A stretch of DNA of 64,000 bases from an uncultured Verrucomicrobiae bacterium (GTDB lineage Bacteria > Verrucomicrobiota > Verrucomicrobiia > Chthoniobacterales > JAFAMB01). The notes below the pieces were generated by a model. The model searched no databases, was not told the DNA's origin, and saw nothing but the letters and a program-made list of their open reading frames with translations. This document shows positions 9,871-18,576 of this stretch, piece by piece. The DNA lies in assembly GCA_963837955.1 (NCBI GenBank), contig CAWIPH010000002.1, positions 2,698,966-2,762,965 on the forward strand, written 5' to 3'. The first letter of the stretch is position 1. Each line of letters begins with the position of its first letter. The position numbers and the translations under genes are program-made.

Positions 9871-11136
9871 TTAAGGGAAGAGCCCACGAGCTTTCTTCGC
9901 CTGCATTACCTTCTCTACTCCGATGGCCAGAGCAGCGAGCCGATGTGGAATCCTTTCTTCTTTGGCCCGTTTGATCACCGCCCCGAAGGATTGTTCCAAA
10001 ACCCGGAAGAGGCGATCCACTACTTCGGTCTCGTTCCAGAAAAAGCTTTGTAAGCTCTGCACCCATTCAAAATACGATACAATGACGCCACCGGCGTTAC
10101 AGAGAATGTCCGGCAAAACAAATATCTCGTTCCACCGTTCGAACAGAACCTTGTCGGCTTCGACGGTCGTGGGACCGTTCGCGGCTTCTGCCAGGATTCG
10201 GCATTGGATTCTGGCGGCATTTTTCTTATTGATGACGCCGCTTACTGCGGCCGGAATCAGCACATCGCAAGGAATTATCAGAAGTTCATCGGCTGAAATC
10301 AAATCCGCCCCGGGAAATCCGCCAAGGGCGCCATACTTTTCTACATGCTTGTCGGCCGCCTTGATATCGATGCCCTCATCGTTCCGATAGGCGCCGGAGA
10401 TATCGCTGATGGCAATCACCTTCATCCCGCTCTTGAATGCAAGGCCGCGAGCGGCGACCGCGCCAACGTTCCCGTAGCCTTGGATCACCGCCGTCCCTCC
10501 GGCTAGTTTTAACTTCAACTGATGAGCGGCCCGCTCAACCAGATAAACCGCTCCCCGCCCTGTCGACTCGCGGCGTCCGGACGTCCCGCCGACACTAACC
10601 GGCTTTCCCGTTACAATTTCCGGGACCGCATGCCCTTGGTGAGACGAATAGGTGTCCATAAACCAAGCCATGATCTGCTCATTGGTTCCCATATCCGGTC
10701 CCATGATGTCGGTATGAGGTCCGATGAAAGGAATCATTTCCTGCATGTAGCGCCGGGATAGGCGTTCCAATTCGCCGGGGGAAAGTTTGCGCGGATCGCA
10801 ATCAATTCCACCCTTGGCCCCACCGTACGGCAGACCGCTCAACGCACATTTCCAGCTCATCCACATCGAAAGAGCAGCGACTTCGCCAAGGGTGACTCCA
10901 GGTGCGAAGCGCGTGCCTCCTTTGGTTGGTCCCATTGAAAGATGATGCTGTACCCGATAGCCTTGAAATACTCTCGTCGAACCATCGTCCATATGAACTG
11001 GCACTGCTACAGTCACCGACCGCTTCGGGTACATGAGGCGTTCACGGAGATTATCCGGAATCCCTAAATAATCCGCGATCAAGTGAAACTGATCGCAAGC
11101 CATTTCAAAGGTCGGGTCACTATAGATTTGCTGCAT
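9871..11136 (-). CDS. gdhA: Glutamate dehydrogenase (Glu/Leu/Phe/Val dehydrogenase family)
   Basis: 'GPTKGGTRF', 'PYGGAKGG' and Rossmann 'GYGNVG' motifs; 421 aa. Confidence 0.92.
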   Translation of the reverse strand: MQQIYSDPTFEMACDQFHLIADYLGIPDNLRERLMYPKRSVTVAVPVHMDDGSTRVFQGYRVQHHLSMGPTKGGTRFAPGVTLGEVAALSMWMSWKCALSGLPYGGAKGGIDCDPRKLSPGELERLSRRYMQEMIPFIGPHTDIMGPDMGTNEQIMAWFMDTYSSHQGHAVPEIVTGKPVSVGGTSGRRESTGRGAVYLVERAAHQLKLKLAGGTAVIQGYGNVGAVAARGLAFKSGMKVIAISDISGAYRNDEGIDIKAADKHVEKYGALGGFPGADLISADELLIIPCDVLIPAAVSGVINKKNAARIQCRILAEAANGPTTVEADKVLFERWNEIFVLPDILCNAGGVIVSYFEWVQSLQSFFWNETEVVDRLFRVLEQSFGAVIKRAKEERIPHRLAALAIGVEKVMQAKKARGLFP

Positions 11137-11157
11137 AGACGGATCGAATACGACAAA

Positions 11158-11185
11158 GGGCCGCGCTGCGGGCGGCCCCTTTTTT
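11158..11185 (+). terminator. Orphan terminator-like GC hairpin with T6 tail in the gdhA 5' region
   Basis: gggccgc(11158-64)/gcggccc(11172-78) stem followed by tttttt (11180-85). No + strand gene lies upstream, so its role is unclear. Confidence 0.3.
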
Positions 11186-11268
11186 CGATTCAGGAGGGGA
11201 GTTGAGGTCTGGGAAACTGGCGTTTCACTGCCCGTAGAATGTCTCGCATTTCCGCACTCCGCAACCCT

Positions 11269-11440
11269 GGAGGGATGACAAATGACAAATGCATCCCCCC
11301 CGCCGACAAGATCAACCTTGGGTCACGCCCGGCCGCCGCAAGCGGCGCACCCTCCGATAGGCACCGCGACTTTTTATCGGTAAGCTTGCCCTATTTGTCC
11401 TCTGTCATTTGTCTTTTGTCATCGGTCATCTGTCATTTCG
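11269..11440. repeat. Hairpin element with heptamer-repeat arms (GACAAAT / ATTTGTC)
   Basis: Left arm 'ggagggatgacaaatgacaaatgcatcccccc'. Right arm 'ctatttgtcctctgtcatttgtcttttgtcatcggtcatctgtcatttcg' is its inverted counterpart. The core contains 'ccgataggcaccgc', shared with the elements at 14070 and 58000. Confidence 0.75.
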
Positions 11441-11483
11441 TATTGAACCGGCGGCCGATTGCGGTTAACCCAAAAGACTCCAG

Positions 11484-13985
11484 ATGGTTGGGAATGACCG
11501 GCCCGCAGTAGCAAGGTGGCATGAGATTTTCGATACCCAAGGGTATTCGAGACCACAGTATGCCAACCTTCTAGCCAAGCTCAAAAGTTATCCACCCCCC
11601 TATCTCCGCGAGCTGGAACAGCGCCTGCACGCCAGCCTGCGGGAACTGGGCATCACTTTTGGGAGTTCTCAGAGGGATCGAGCAAATACCTGGTTTTCAG
11701 ATCTACTCCCTCACCTCTTTTTGCCCGAAGAGTGGGATCTAATCACACGGGGATTCCAGCAAAGGGTGCGCGCATTCGAGAGTTTGCTGCAGGATATTTA
11801 CGGCAAAAGAGAAATCCTCCGGGAAGGCGTACTACCGATTGCCCTGATTATCGGTAGTCCTCACTTCCAGCGGAGCGCCGTTGGCCTAAAACCGACCAAC
11901 GGACGGTATCTCCATCTGAATGGGCTCTGCCTTTGCCGCGCTCCGGACGGACGCCTTACGGTAAAGCATCATTATTTCAGTCATCCCTCCGGGATTTCAT
12001 ATATGATTCAGGATCGGCGCCTGCTCGCACGAGTGGTGCCAGATCTGTTCGAAGATCAGCAGGTCGAGCCGATGGCGGACGTCCCGACCGAGATTTTGTT
12101 ACGGCTAAGGAGCATGGCCCGAACGAGCGATCCATCGGTGGTCCTCCTTTCGTCGGGAGTCGCAAGTGCCGTTTACTCCGAGCACAGTTTTCTGGCACGT
12201 CGTATGGGTGTTCCGCTGGTCCAGGGCGGAGATCTGCTCGTTTTGAACGACTCTCTATTCCTGAAAACCGTTTCAGGTCTGGAGAGGATTGACGTGATCT
12301 ACTCGAGGGTTGCCGACCCTTGGCTCGATCCGCTCGTTTTCCAATCGGACAGCCGCATCGGCGTACCCGGACTCATCCATTGCTTGCGAAAAGGTACCGT
12401 AGCGCTCGTCAATCCCATCGGTTCCCAACTGGCTGATGATCGCAGCCTTTTGCATTTCTCAAACGTTATCATTCGCTACTACCTCGGAGAGTGGCCAATC
12501 TTGCCGACCATCCAAACCTATTGGCTCGGCGACCTGGACCAGTGCGAACTCGTGCTGGAAAACCCCGAAGCCTTCCAAATTCGGACACTGACGGGAGAAC
12601 GATTCCTTACCGTGCATGATCTGGAGAATGGCCCCGATGAGCTCCGCACTTTGGTCAGAAGAACACCCCACCTCTTCGTCGCCCAACCGAGAGAGGATGC
12701 CGCGAGAACGATCGGATTGGTTAAGAATCGGGAAGTGGAACGCCTGCAAGATCATATCATCTACGGAATGCGGAACGGCGAGGGATTCGAACTTTTTCCC
12801 GGAGCGTTGACTCGCCTCTCAGCGAAGCCGGGAGGGCGAACCGAGTCCGAATATGGCGGAGGAGGAAAAGATACATGGGTCCTTCGTTCGCCGACCCAAT
12901 CGGTGCCAGTTCCACACCTACCCAATCCCGCTCAGGTTCTTTTGTCGCGGCGCGTTACTAGCCGCGTAGCCGAAGCTTTTTACTGGCTTGGCCGCTACCT
13001 CGAGCGTTCGCAAGAAGTGGCGCGGATGATCCAATTCGTCGAGACGGTCGAGATGGAAGAGCTCAATGCGGTTGAGCGGAAATTGTATCGGCCAATCTGG
13101 AACCATTTATTGCCTCCGCTAGATACACCCGGCAAACGCGGCCGCCGCGGCATCAGTAACGTCAAGGAGCGGTACCGGCTCGTTCTCGAGGTTGATCAAC
13201 CTGGATCGATCGCTTCGATGATTCGAATGGCTTTAGCAAACGCAAATTCTCTCCGGGATGCAATTAGTCCAGAGGCCTGGTCGGTGCTTTCGGAGTTGCA
13301 GAGTCGTTTTGAACGTAAACGTTTGCAGCTGCGCATCAGCGATACCGACGCCCGCCGATTGACGCGGCGATTGGCTCAATCCGTGCTGTCGCTGGTGCCG
13401 CAATTTATTGCCATCGCCCAACAGACAATGTTGGCGGATGATGGCTGGCGTTTCTGCGAGCTCGGGCTCTACATAGAGCGAGCGGTCGGTACGGCAAACG
13501 CGACCTATGGGGTCGCCCAATCGATCAAACAGCGTGCCGGAACACGCCAGGGATTGGACATTGAGCTCTCTGCCTTTCTCCGTTTGCTCGCTTGTCGGGA
13601 CGCTTATCGTCGCATTTATCAAGCTCGATCGGAACCGGCCTCTGTCTTCGGGTTTCTTTGGCAAAACTCTGAGATGCCGCGCTCGGTCATGTTTTGTCTA
13701 CAGAATTGCTCCAGGCTCCTCGCCGCCTCGCTTCCCGCCGCTTCCGCCAACGCCGAGTCGGGATTGACCTATTTGCAAGGGATCATTCGGCAGGTGCGCC
13801 GGCTCGATTGGTATGCCTTTTTCATCTCGGATGTCGAAGACACCGAACTCGTAGTACAGAGCGACGAATTAGTAGCCCTTATCGGCGAGCTGCTCGACCG
13901 AATCCAAGAGCTGCATCATGTGGTCACTGACCATCTGTTGAGTCACCAAAGCATTATTTCAGAGCCAGAGCCGATGCTGTTCTAG
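11484..13985 (+). CDS. Circularly permuted type-2 ATP-grasp protein fused to an alpha-E domain
   Basis: 833 aa. The N-terminal half matches the CP ATP-grasp family as I know it (…LLPHLFLPEEW…, VLLSSGVASAVYSEHSFLARRMGVPLVQGGDL). The C-terminal half is an alpha-E-type helical domain (AEAFYWLGRYLERSQEVARM). Confidence 0.8.
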   Translation: MVGNDRPAVARWHEIFDTQGYSRPQYANLLAKLKSYPPPYLRELEQRLHASLRELGITFGSSQRDRANTWFSDLLPHLFLPEEWDLITRGFQQRVRAFESLLQDIYGKREILREGVLPIALIIGSPHFQRSAVGLKPTNGRYLHLNGLCLCRAPDGRLTVKHHYFSHPSGISYMIQDRRLLARVVPDLFEDQQVEPMADVPTEILLRLRSMARTSDPSVVLLSSGVASAVYSEHSFLARRMGVPLVQGGDLLVLNDSLFLKTVSGLERIDVIYSRVADPWLDPLVFQSDSRIGVPGLIHCLRKGTVALVNPIGSQLADDRSLLHFSNVIIRYYLGEWPILPTIQTYWLGDLDQCELVLENPEAFQIRTLTGERFLTVHDLENGPDELRTLVRRTPHLFVAQPREDAARTIGLVKNREVERLQDHIIYGMRNGEGFELFPGALTRLSAKPGGRTESEYGGGGKDTWVLRSPTQSVPVPHLPNPAQVLLSRRVTSRVAEAFYWLGRYLERSQEVARMIQFVETVEMEELNAVERKLYRPIWNHLLPPLDTPGKRGRRGISNVKERYRLVLEVDQPGSIASMIRMALANANSLRDAISPEAWSVLSELQSRFERKRLQLRISDTDARRLTRRLAQSVLSLVPQFIAIAQQTMLADDGWRFCELGLYIERAVGTANATYGVAQSIKQRAGTRQGLDIELSAFLRLLACRDAYRRIYQARSEPASVFGFLWQNSEMPRSVMFCLQNCSRLLAASLPAASANAESGLTYLQGIIRQVRRLDWYAFFISDVEDTELVVQSDELVALIGELLDRIQELHHVVTDHLLSHQSIISEPEPMLF

Positions 13986-13986
13986 A

Positions 13987-14185
13987 GTAGCCTGATGCTC
14001 CAGCCTCAGGGAAAACGCTGGTGAACGGTGTTTAATGAAAGGGGCGGTGAGAGATTTCTGCCTGGGATCTGCCGATAGGCGTTCACCAATCCCCTCTCAC
14101 ACGCTGTAGCCCCCTGAGCCAGGAGGATCAGGCTACACTGCTTAGTGGATTTGTCATTTGTCATTTGGTATTCGTTATTCGCTGC
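13987..14185. repeat. Family-A inverted-repeat (MITE/REP-like) element plus adjoining heptamer tract
   Basis: TIRs are gtagcctgatgctccagcctcaggg (13987-14011) and ccctgagccaggaggatcaggctac (14112-14136), 22/25 complementary. Conserved core 'gagagatttctgcc..tgccgataggc'. A 'ttgtcatttgtcatttggtattcgttattcgc' tract runs to 9 nt before the next start codon. Confidence 0.8.
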
Positions 14186-14193
14186 ACCCCCCA

Positions 14194-16125
14194 ATGAGCA
14201 TCCCTGAAAAAGCTCTCGCGTTTTGTCGCCGATCGCTCGCCGAGCGCGATCAGTTTTGGAAAGAACAATCTGAACGCATCTTTTGGCACAAACCGTTCGA
14301 CCAAGTATGTGATTTTAGCCGGCCACCTTTCGCTCGCTGGTTTGTCGGCGGTGAGACCAATCTTTGCTACAATGCGGTCGACCGGCACCTCGGCGAACGA
14401 GGCGAACAAATTGCCCTCCACTTCATTTCCACAGAAATAGATGCACAACGCTCATTTACCTACCGCGAGCTAGCAGAGGAAGTTAACACCTTTGCTGCCA
14501 TCCTGCGTTCCCTCGGTCTGCAGCGCGGTGATCGGGCGATCATCTACCTGCCGATGATTCCGGAGGCAATCTTTTCGATGTTAGCGTGCGCTCGCATTGG
14601 GGCAATCCATTCCGTAGTCTTCGCCGGATTCGCACCGGCCAGCCTGGCTACTCGCATCGATGACGCCGAAGCGAGCGTTTTGATTACCGCCGACGCGGGT
14701 CTGCGCGGCGGCAAGTTGATCCCTCTGAAACGCCTGGCCGACGAGGCGGTCGCCCTCGCTTCGCGACCGCCGCGACATGTGCTCGTTTGCGCCCGAGGCC
14801 TTGATCCGGATATGCCGTCTGATCCCCGCCGTGATCGAGACTATGCAACCTTACGTGAAGAGCATTTGAAAGACCAAGTACCGGTAGAGTGGCTCGAGAG
14901 CTCGGAAATATGTTATTTGCTATACACCTCCGGTACAACGGCCAAACCAAAAGGTATCCAGCGCGATACCGGTGGCCACGCCGTCGCCCTCGCTCTGGCC
15001 ATGCAAAACATCTTCGCTGGTAATCCTGGCGAGACTATGTTCACGGCCGCCGATGTCGGTTGGGCAGTTGGCCATTCTTTCGGAGTGTATGGTCCGCTCA
15101 TTCACGGAATGGCAACAATTCTCTACGAAGGATTGCCCATCCGGCCAGACGGCGGAATTTGGTGGAAAATTGTGGAGCAGTTCCAGGCGTCGGTGATGTT
15201 CACCTCACCCACGGCCATTCGCACGCTAAAAAAACAAGATCCGGCCTATCTCAAAAAGTATAATACAAGTTCGCTGCGTTACTTGTTTCTTGCTGGTGAG
15301 CCTTTGGACGAACCAACCTGGCGATGGATTCACGAGGCACTAGGCATTCCGATAGTCGACAATTACTGGCAGACAGAGAGCGGCTGGCCAATCCTCACAC
15401 TGCTTCCGCGAATCGAGGAACCGAAGATCAAGCCCGGCTCACCCGGGATTGCTATGCCTGGTTATGACGCTAGCATCGTTGACCCAGCATCGGGCCAGAG
15501 ACTGCCGGCAAACAAGAAAGGCGTTCTAGCACTCGGACTTCCCTTGCCCCCCGGTTGCATGCCGACCGTTTGGAAAAATGACGAGCTTTTCGCTCGACAT
15601 TACTGCGGCCAATTTTCCGAAAAGCAGCTCTATTCCACGTTCGATTACGCGATCCAGGACGAAGATGGATACTTCTTTATTCTGGGTCGTTCCGACGATG
15701 TGATTAACGTTTCCGGTCATCGTCTCGGCACGCGCGAGATTGAAGAAACAATCTGTTCCCACTCCGCGGTCGCCGAAGCTGCTGCGGTCGGCGCGAAGGA
15801 TGAATTGCGCGGCCAAGCAGTCCATTGCTTCGTTGTCGTCAAGCAAGCCGAGGTATTCGAAGGCGAGGAAAAACGGAACCAGTTACAGAAAGAAATCGAG
15901 TCTACCGTGGTCTCGAAACTCGGATCGTTCGCCCGTCCGGCTGCGATTTACCTGATTCGAGCTCTGCCCAAAACGCGATCGGGCAAGATTCTTCGGCGCG
16001 CGATTCTGGCAGCTGCGGAGGGACGCGACACCGGCGATTTGACGACCTTAGAAGATCCCGCCGCTCTCGAGTCAATTAAGGAAATGATCTTCAGAATGCA
16101 GGAGTCAGGAGATAGGGGGCGCTAA
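14194..16125 (+). CDS. AMP-forming acyl-CoA synthetase, propionate/acetate--CoA ligase family
   Basis: 'FWHKPFDQV...PFARWFVGGETNLCYNAVDRHL' N-terminus, 'YLLYTSGTTAKPKG' AMP motif, C-terminal 'LPKTRSGKILRR'. Confidence 0.87.
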   Translation: MSIPEKALAFCRRSLAERDQFWKEQSERIFWHKPFDQVCDFSRPPFARWFVGGETNLCYNAVDRHLGERGEQIALHFISTEIDAQRSFTYRELAEEVNTFAAILRSLGLQRGDRAIIYLPMIPEAIFSMLACARIGAIHSVVFAGFAPASLATRIDDAEASVLITADAGLRGGKLIPLKRLADEAVALASRPPRHVLVCARGLDPDMPSDPRRDRDYATLREEHLKDQVPVEWLESSEICYLLYTSGTTAKPKGIQRDTGGHAVALALAMQNIFAGNPGETMFTAADVGWAVGHSFGVYGPLIHGMATILYEGLPIRPDGGIWWKIVEQFQASVMFTSPTAIRTLKKQDPAYLKKYNTSSLRYLFLAGEPLDEPTWRWIHEALGIPIVDNYWQTESGWPILTLLPRIEEPKIKPGSPGIAMPGYDASIVDPASGQRLPANKKGVLALGLPLPPGCMPTVWKNDELFARHYCGQFSEKQLYSTFDYAIQDEDGYFFILGRSDDVINVSGHRLGTREIEETICSHSAVAEAAAVGAKDELRGQAVHCFVVVKQAEVFEGEEKRNQLQKEIESTVVSKLGSFARPAAIYLIRALPKTRSGKILRRAILAAAEGRDTGDLTTLEDPAALESIKEMIFRMQESGDRGR

Positions 16126-16126
16126 A

Positions 16127-16158
16127 GCGTAACGGCGTATCGGCGTGTCGGCGTGATG
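16127..16158. repeat. Four tandem degenerate octamers (GCGTNNCG) starting 2 nt after the stop codon
   Basis: gcgtaacg gcgtatcg gcgtgtcg gcgtgatg, read directly from the sequence. Confidence 0.7.
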
Positions 16159-16303
16159 GTAGGGCGAAACAGATCCAGCGACAGCAGGATCTGTGAGCCT
16201 TTCGGCCTAGCCGCGGAGGGTTTACGCCCGCTTGGGATGCAAAGATTTTCTTACAACTTTCGCCTCACTCGCTGTGTATTTACCCCGAACGAGGAACTCA
16301 CCT

Positions 16304-17290
16304 ATGCATGTTCAAAACGCGCACTCAGTTCTGCTTATCGCTTCTCTCATAGTGGCGTATTCCGCGACAAGCCAAACGAGCTTGGCGGATTCAATGGACA
16401 CAATCGCCGAGCAATCGCGACATTTGGCAGAAGCCGGAAAATGGGACGACGCCAAAGCAGTTCTTCAAGAGCAGCTGACCAAAGCGCAAGATGCCGTCGA
16501 AGTAGCACGACTCAAAGCAGAGTTAGCTCATCTTGCGACGGATTGGAATACCTACTTTCGCAAAGATGAAGCGTCGGTACTTACCGCATTAGCGGAAGCT
16601 CGCTCCGCGGTCCAGGCGCATGACGACAAGCAGGCGCTCGCAACATTGGAAATGGCCGAAGGCCGATTCACCTATTGGAAGGCGCTGGACAACACCAAAG
16701 ACTGGGGGCCACCAACCGACGATTTCGACCGAGCACTTCAGGTTTACCAAGAGCTAGGAGATGAAGTGGGACTCGGCGAGGCGATGTTTTATCGTGGGCT
16801 GGTTTATCAGATGCAAGATGACAATCAGCATGCACGCCAGATCTTCGAGCAAGCGCTGGCACTCACCCAGAAGACCGGCGACGAACGGATGGAATCGTTC
16901 GTGGTGAGACACATCGGCTACCTGCAACAAGCCGCCGGCGAGATTGATGCGGCTCGAGCTAACTTCCAAAAGTCTCTTCAATTGCGGCAGCGCAACGAGA
17001 TGAAAGTCTTCGTGCCGTTTGCGCTAATTGCGTTAGCGGAGTTCGAAGCGGAACAAAAGAACTCTGCGGAAGCAATTAAGCTGATCGAGGAGGCGCTTCC
17101 GCTAGCCAAATCGGGGAACAGTCCCCGGGCCCTTTATGCAGGTCAGTTGACGCTAGCGAAATGGTACGCAGATGAGGGAAAAGCAGCGGAAGCAAGAAAA
17201 CTCGCAGAACAAAGCCGAGCCGGTGCCGAAGCATTTGGAGATCCGAGCGACACGAAAGAAGCCGAGGATTTCCTGAAAGAGCATACGTGA
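16304..17290 (+). CDS. Secreted tetratricopeptide-repeat protein
   Basis: ATG at 16304 gives signal-like MHVQNAHSVLLIASLIVAYSATSQTSLA. Repeated TPR-like helices (GEAMFYRGLVYQMQDDNQHARQIFEQAL...). Confidence 0.7.
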   Translation: MHVQNAHSVLLIASLIVAYSATSQTSLADSMDTIAEQSRHLAEAGKWDDAKAVLQEQLTKAQDAVEVARLKAELAHLATDWNTYFRKDEASVLTALAEARSAVQAHDDKQALATLEMAEGRFTYWKALDNTKDWGPPTDDFDRALQVYQELGDEVGLGEAMFYRGLVYQMQDDNQHARQIFEQALALTQKTGDERMESFVVRHIGYLQQAAGEIDAARANFQKSLQLRQRNEMKVFVPFALIALAEFEAEQKNSAEAIKLIEEALPLAKSGNSPRALYAGQLTLAKWYADEGKAAEARKLAEQSRAGAEAFGDPSDTKEAEDFLKEHT

Positions 17291-17296
17291 GGGTAT

Positions 17297-17390
17297 CCGG
17301 TGACCGGTGATCGGTCAGAGGTGATTAGTGATTGGTGATTTGTGATTCGGTAGCTAGAGCAGCACCTCTCGCCGATCACTAAGCACCGGC
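17297..17390. repeat. Hairpin element with GGTGATT-type 7-8 nt repeat arms
   Basis: ccggtgaccggtgatcggtcagaggtgattagtgattggtgatttgtgattcggtag, then the inverted arm cacctctcgccgatcactaagcaccgg. Starts 7 nt after the TPR gene stop. Confidence 0.75.
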
Positions 17391-17445
17391 GCTAAGGGCG
17401 AGCGGCGCCAGAAAACCCAGATCCATAAGCGGATTTCAGCTACAT

Positions 17446-18399
17446 TTGGGACTTGTGGATCTCAACCGTATACCACCGGCTCTGTTACAGACTTTCTTGG
17501 TAGTTGCTGAAGCTGGCCAAATCTCGGAAGCAGCTCGGCGGCTTCATCTCTCCCAACCGGCCGTTACCGGGCAGATCCGTAGATTGGAAGCCGACCTGGA
17601 AACAACCCTCTTCATCCGCTCAGCCCAAGGCGTGTCGTTGACCCCTCGAGGAGCTACTCTCCGAGAACGACTGCAAGATGTCTTTGCTGAGCTTGAACAG
17701 ATTTTGCAGGACCTGGATCAGACGCGCGAAGTAACTGGAATTGTGACTCTTGCAGCCAGCACAACTCTGGCGCGATATTTTGTGCCCAGGATTTTTATTC
17801 GCTTCCATCATTACTACCCGGCAGCTGCTCTTCATCTAATTGTGGGAAATACGGAAGAAGTGCTGGAGCATCTTCGACAACATAGGGTTGGACTCGGTCT
17901 GGTCGAGGGCCATCAGCGGAGTCCGGGTGTGCGCCTGGAGCCATTCATGCCTGATGAAATCCTTCCGGTTTGTGCCGCTCGAATTTCTGACCCAAAGCTC
18001 CGCCGCGCAATTGAAGGAGTGAAGTCGGTTCGAGACCTTGAGACTCTGCCACTAATTTGGCGCGAGTCTGGAGCAGGTACGCGAACGGTGGTTGAAAGCG
18101 TATTGAAGGAAGGCGGAGTGAACCCGAAGAAGTTGGATCAGCGTTATGAATTGGGAAGCACTGAAGCCATCAAATCGCTGGTCGTGGCCGGTCTCGGTGT
18201 GGGCTTTTTTTCCTGTTGGGAAATCCAACAGGAAATTGCCAGGGGGCTGGTACGACAAATGAACGTCCCTGGTCTGCGCATCGAGCGGATGTTCTCTTGG
18301 GGCCTCCCCAGTGGCGAACTTGGCGGGCTCCCGGCCGAGTTCTACCGGTTCGCCAATTCCATTCGAAGCGAGCTATCCACAGTTAGCGTTCGCATATAG
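17446..18399 (+). CDS. LysR-family transcriptional regulator
   Basis: N-terminal wHTH 'LQTFLVVAEAGQISEAARRLHLSQPAVTGQIRRLE' plus LysR substrate-binding body. Start is TTG 17446 or GTG 17455. Confidence 0.9.
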   Translation: MGLVDLNRIPPALLQTFLVVAEAGQISEAARRLHLSQPAVTGQIRRLEADLETTLFIRSAQGVSLTPRGATLRERLQDVFAELEQILQDLDQTREVTGIVTLAASTTLARYFVPRIFIRFHHYYPAAALHLIVGNTEEVLEHLRQHRVGLGLVEGHQRSPGVRLEPFMPDEILPVCAARISDPKLRRAIEGVKSVRDLETLPLIWRESGAGTRTVVESVLKEGGVNPKKLDQRYELGSTEAIKSLVVAGLGVGFFSCWEIQQEIARGLVRQMNVPGLRIERMFSWGLPSGELGGLPAEFYRFANSIRSELSTVSVRI

Positions 18400-18415
18400 C
18401 AGCCCGACTACGTCC

Positions 18416-18576
18416 GGCGGCTGCCCATGCGCTAAGTTAAGGGTGCTGATGTCTGGTTCTCTGCCCCGAAGGGACGGGGAGGGATCGCGTCCTCGCGATC
18501 CGCGGCGCACGAGGACGTGCGCCCTCCCCGAGAGAACCAGACATCCCTCTTACCTTGACGCGCATGGGCGGCTGCC
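18416..18576. repeat. Family-C GC-rich double-hairpin element (complete copy)
   Basis: Outer stem ggcggctgcccatgcgc / gcgcatgggcggctgcc. Second stem gatgtctggttctc / gagaaccagacatc. Two inner hairpins ggatcgcg-tcct-cgcgatcc and ggcgcacg-agg-acgtgcgcc are bracketed by ggggaggg / ccctcccc. Confidence 0.8.
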
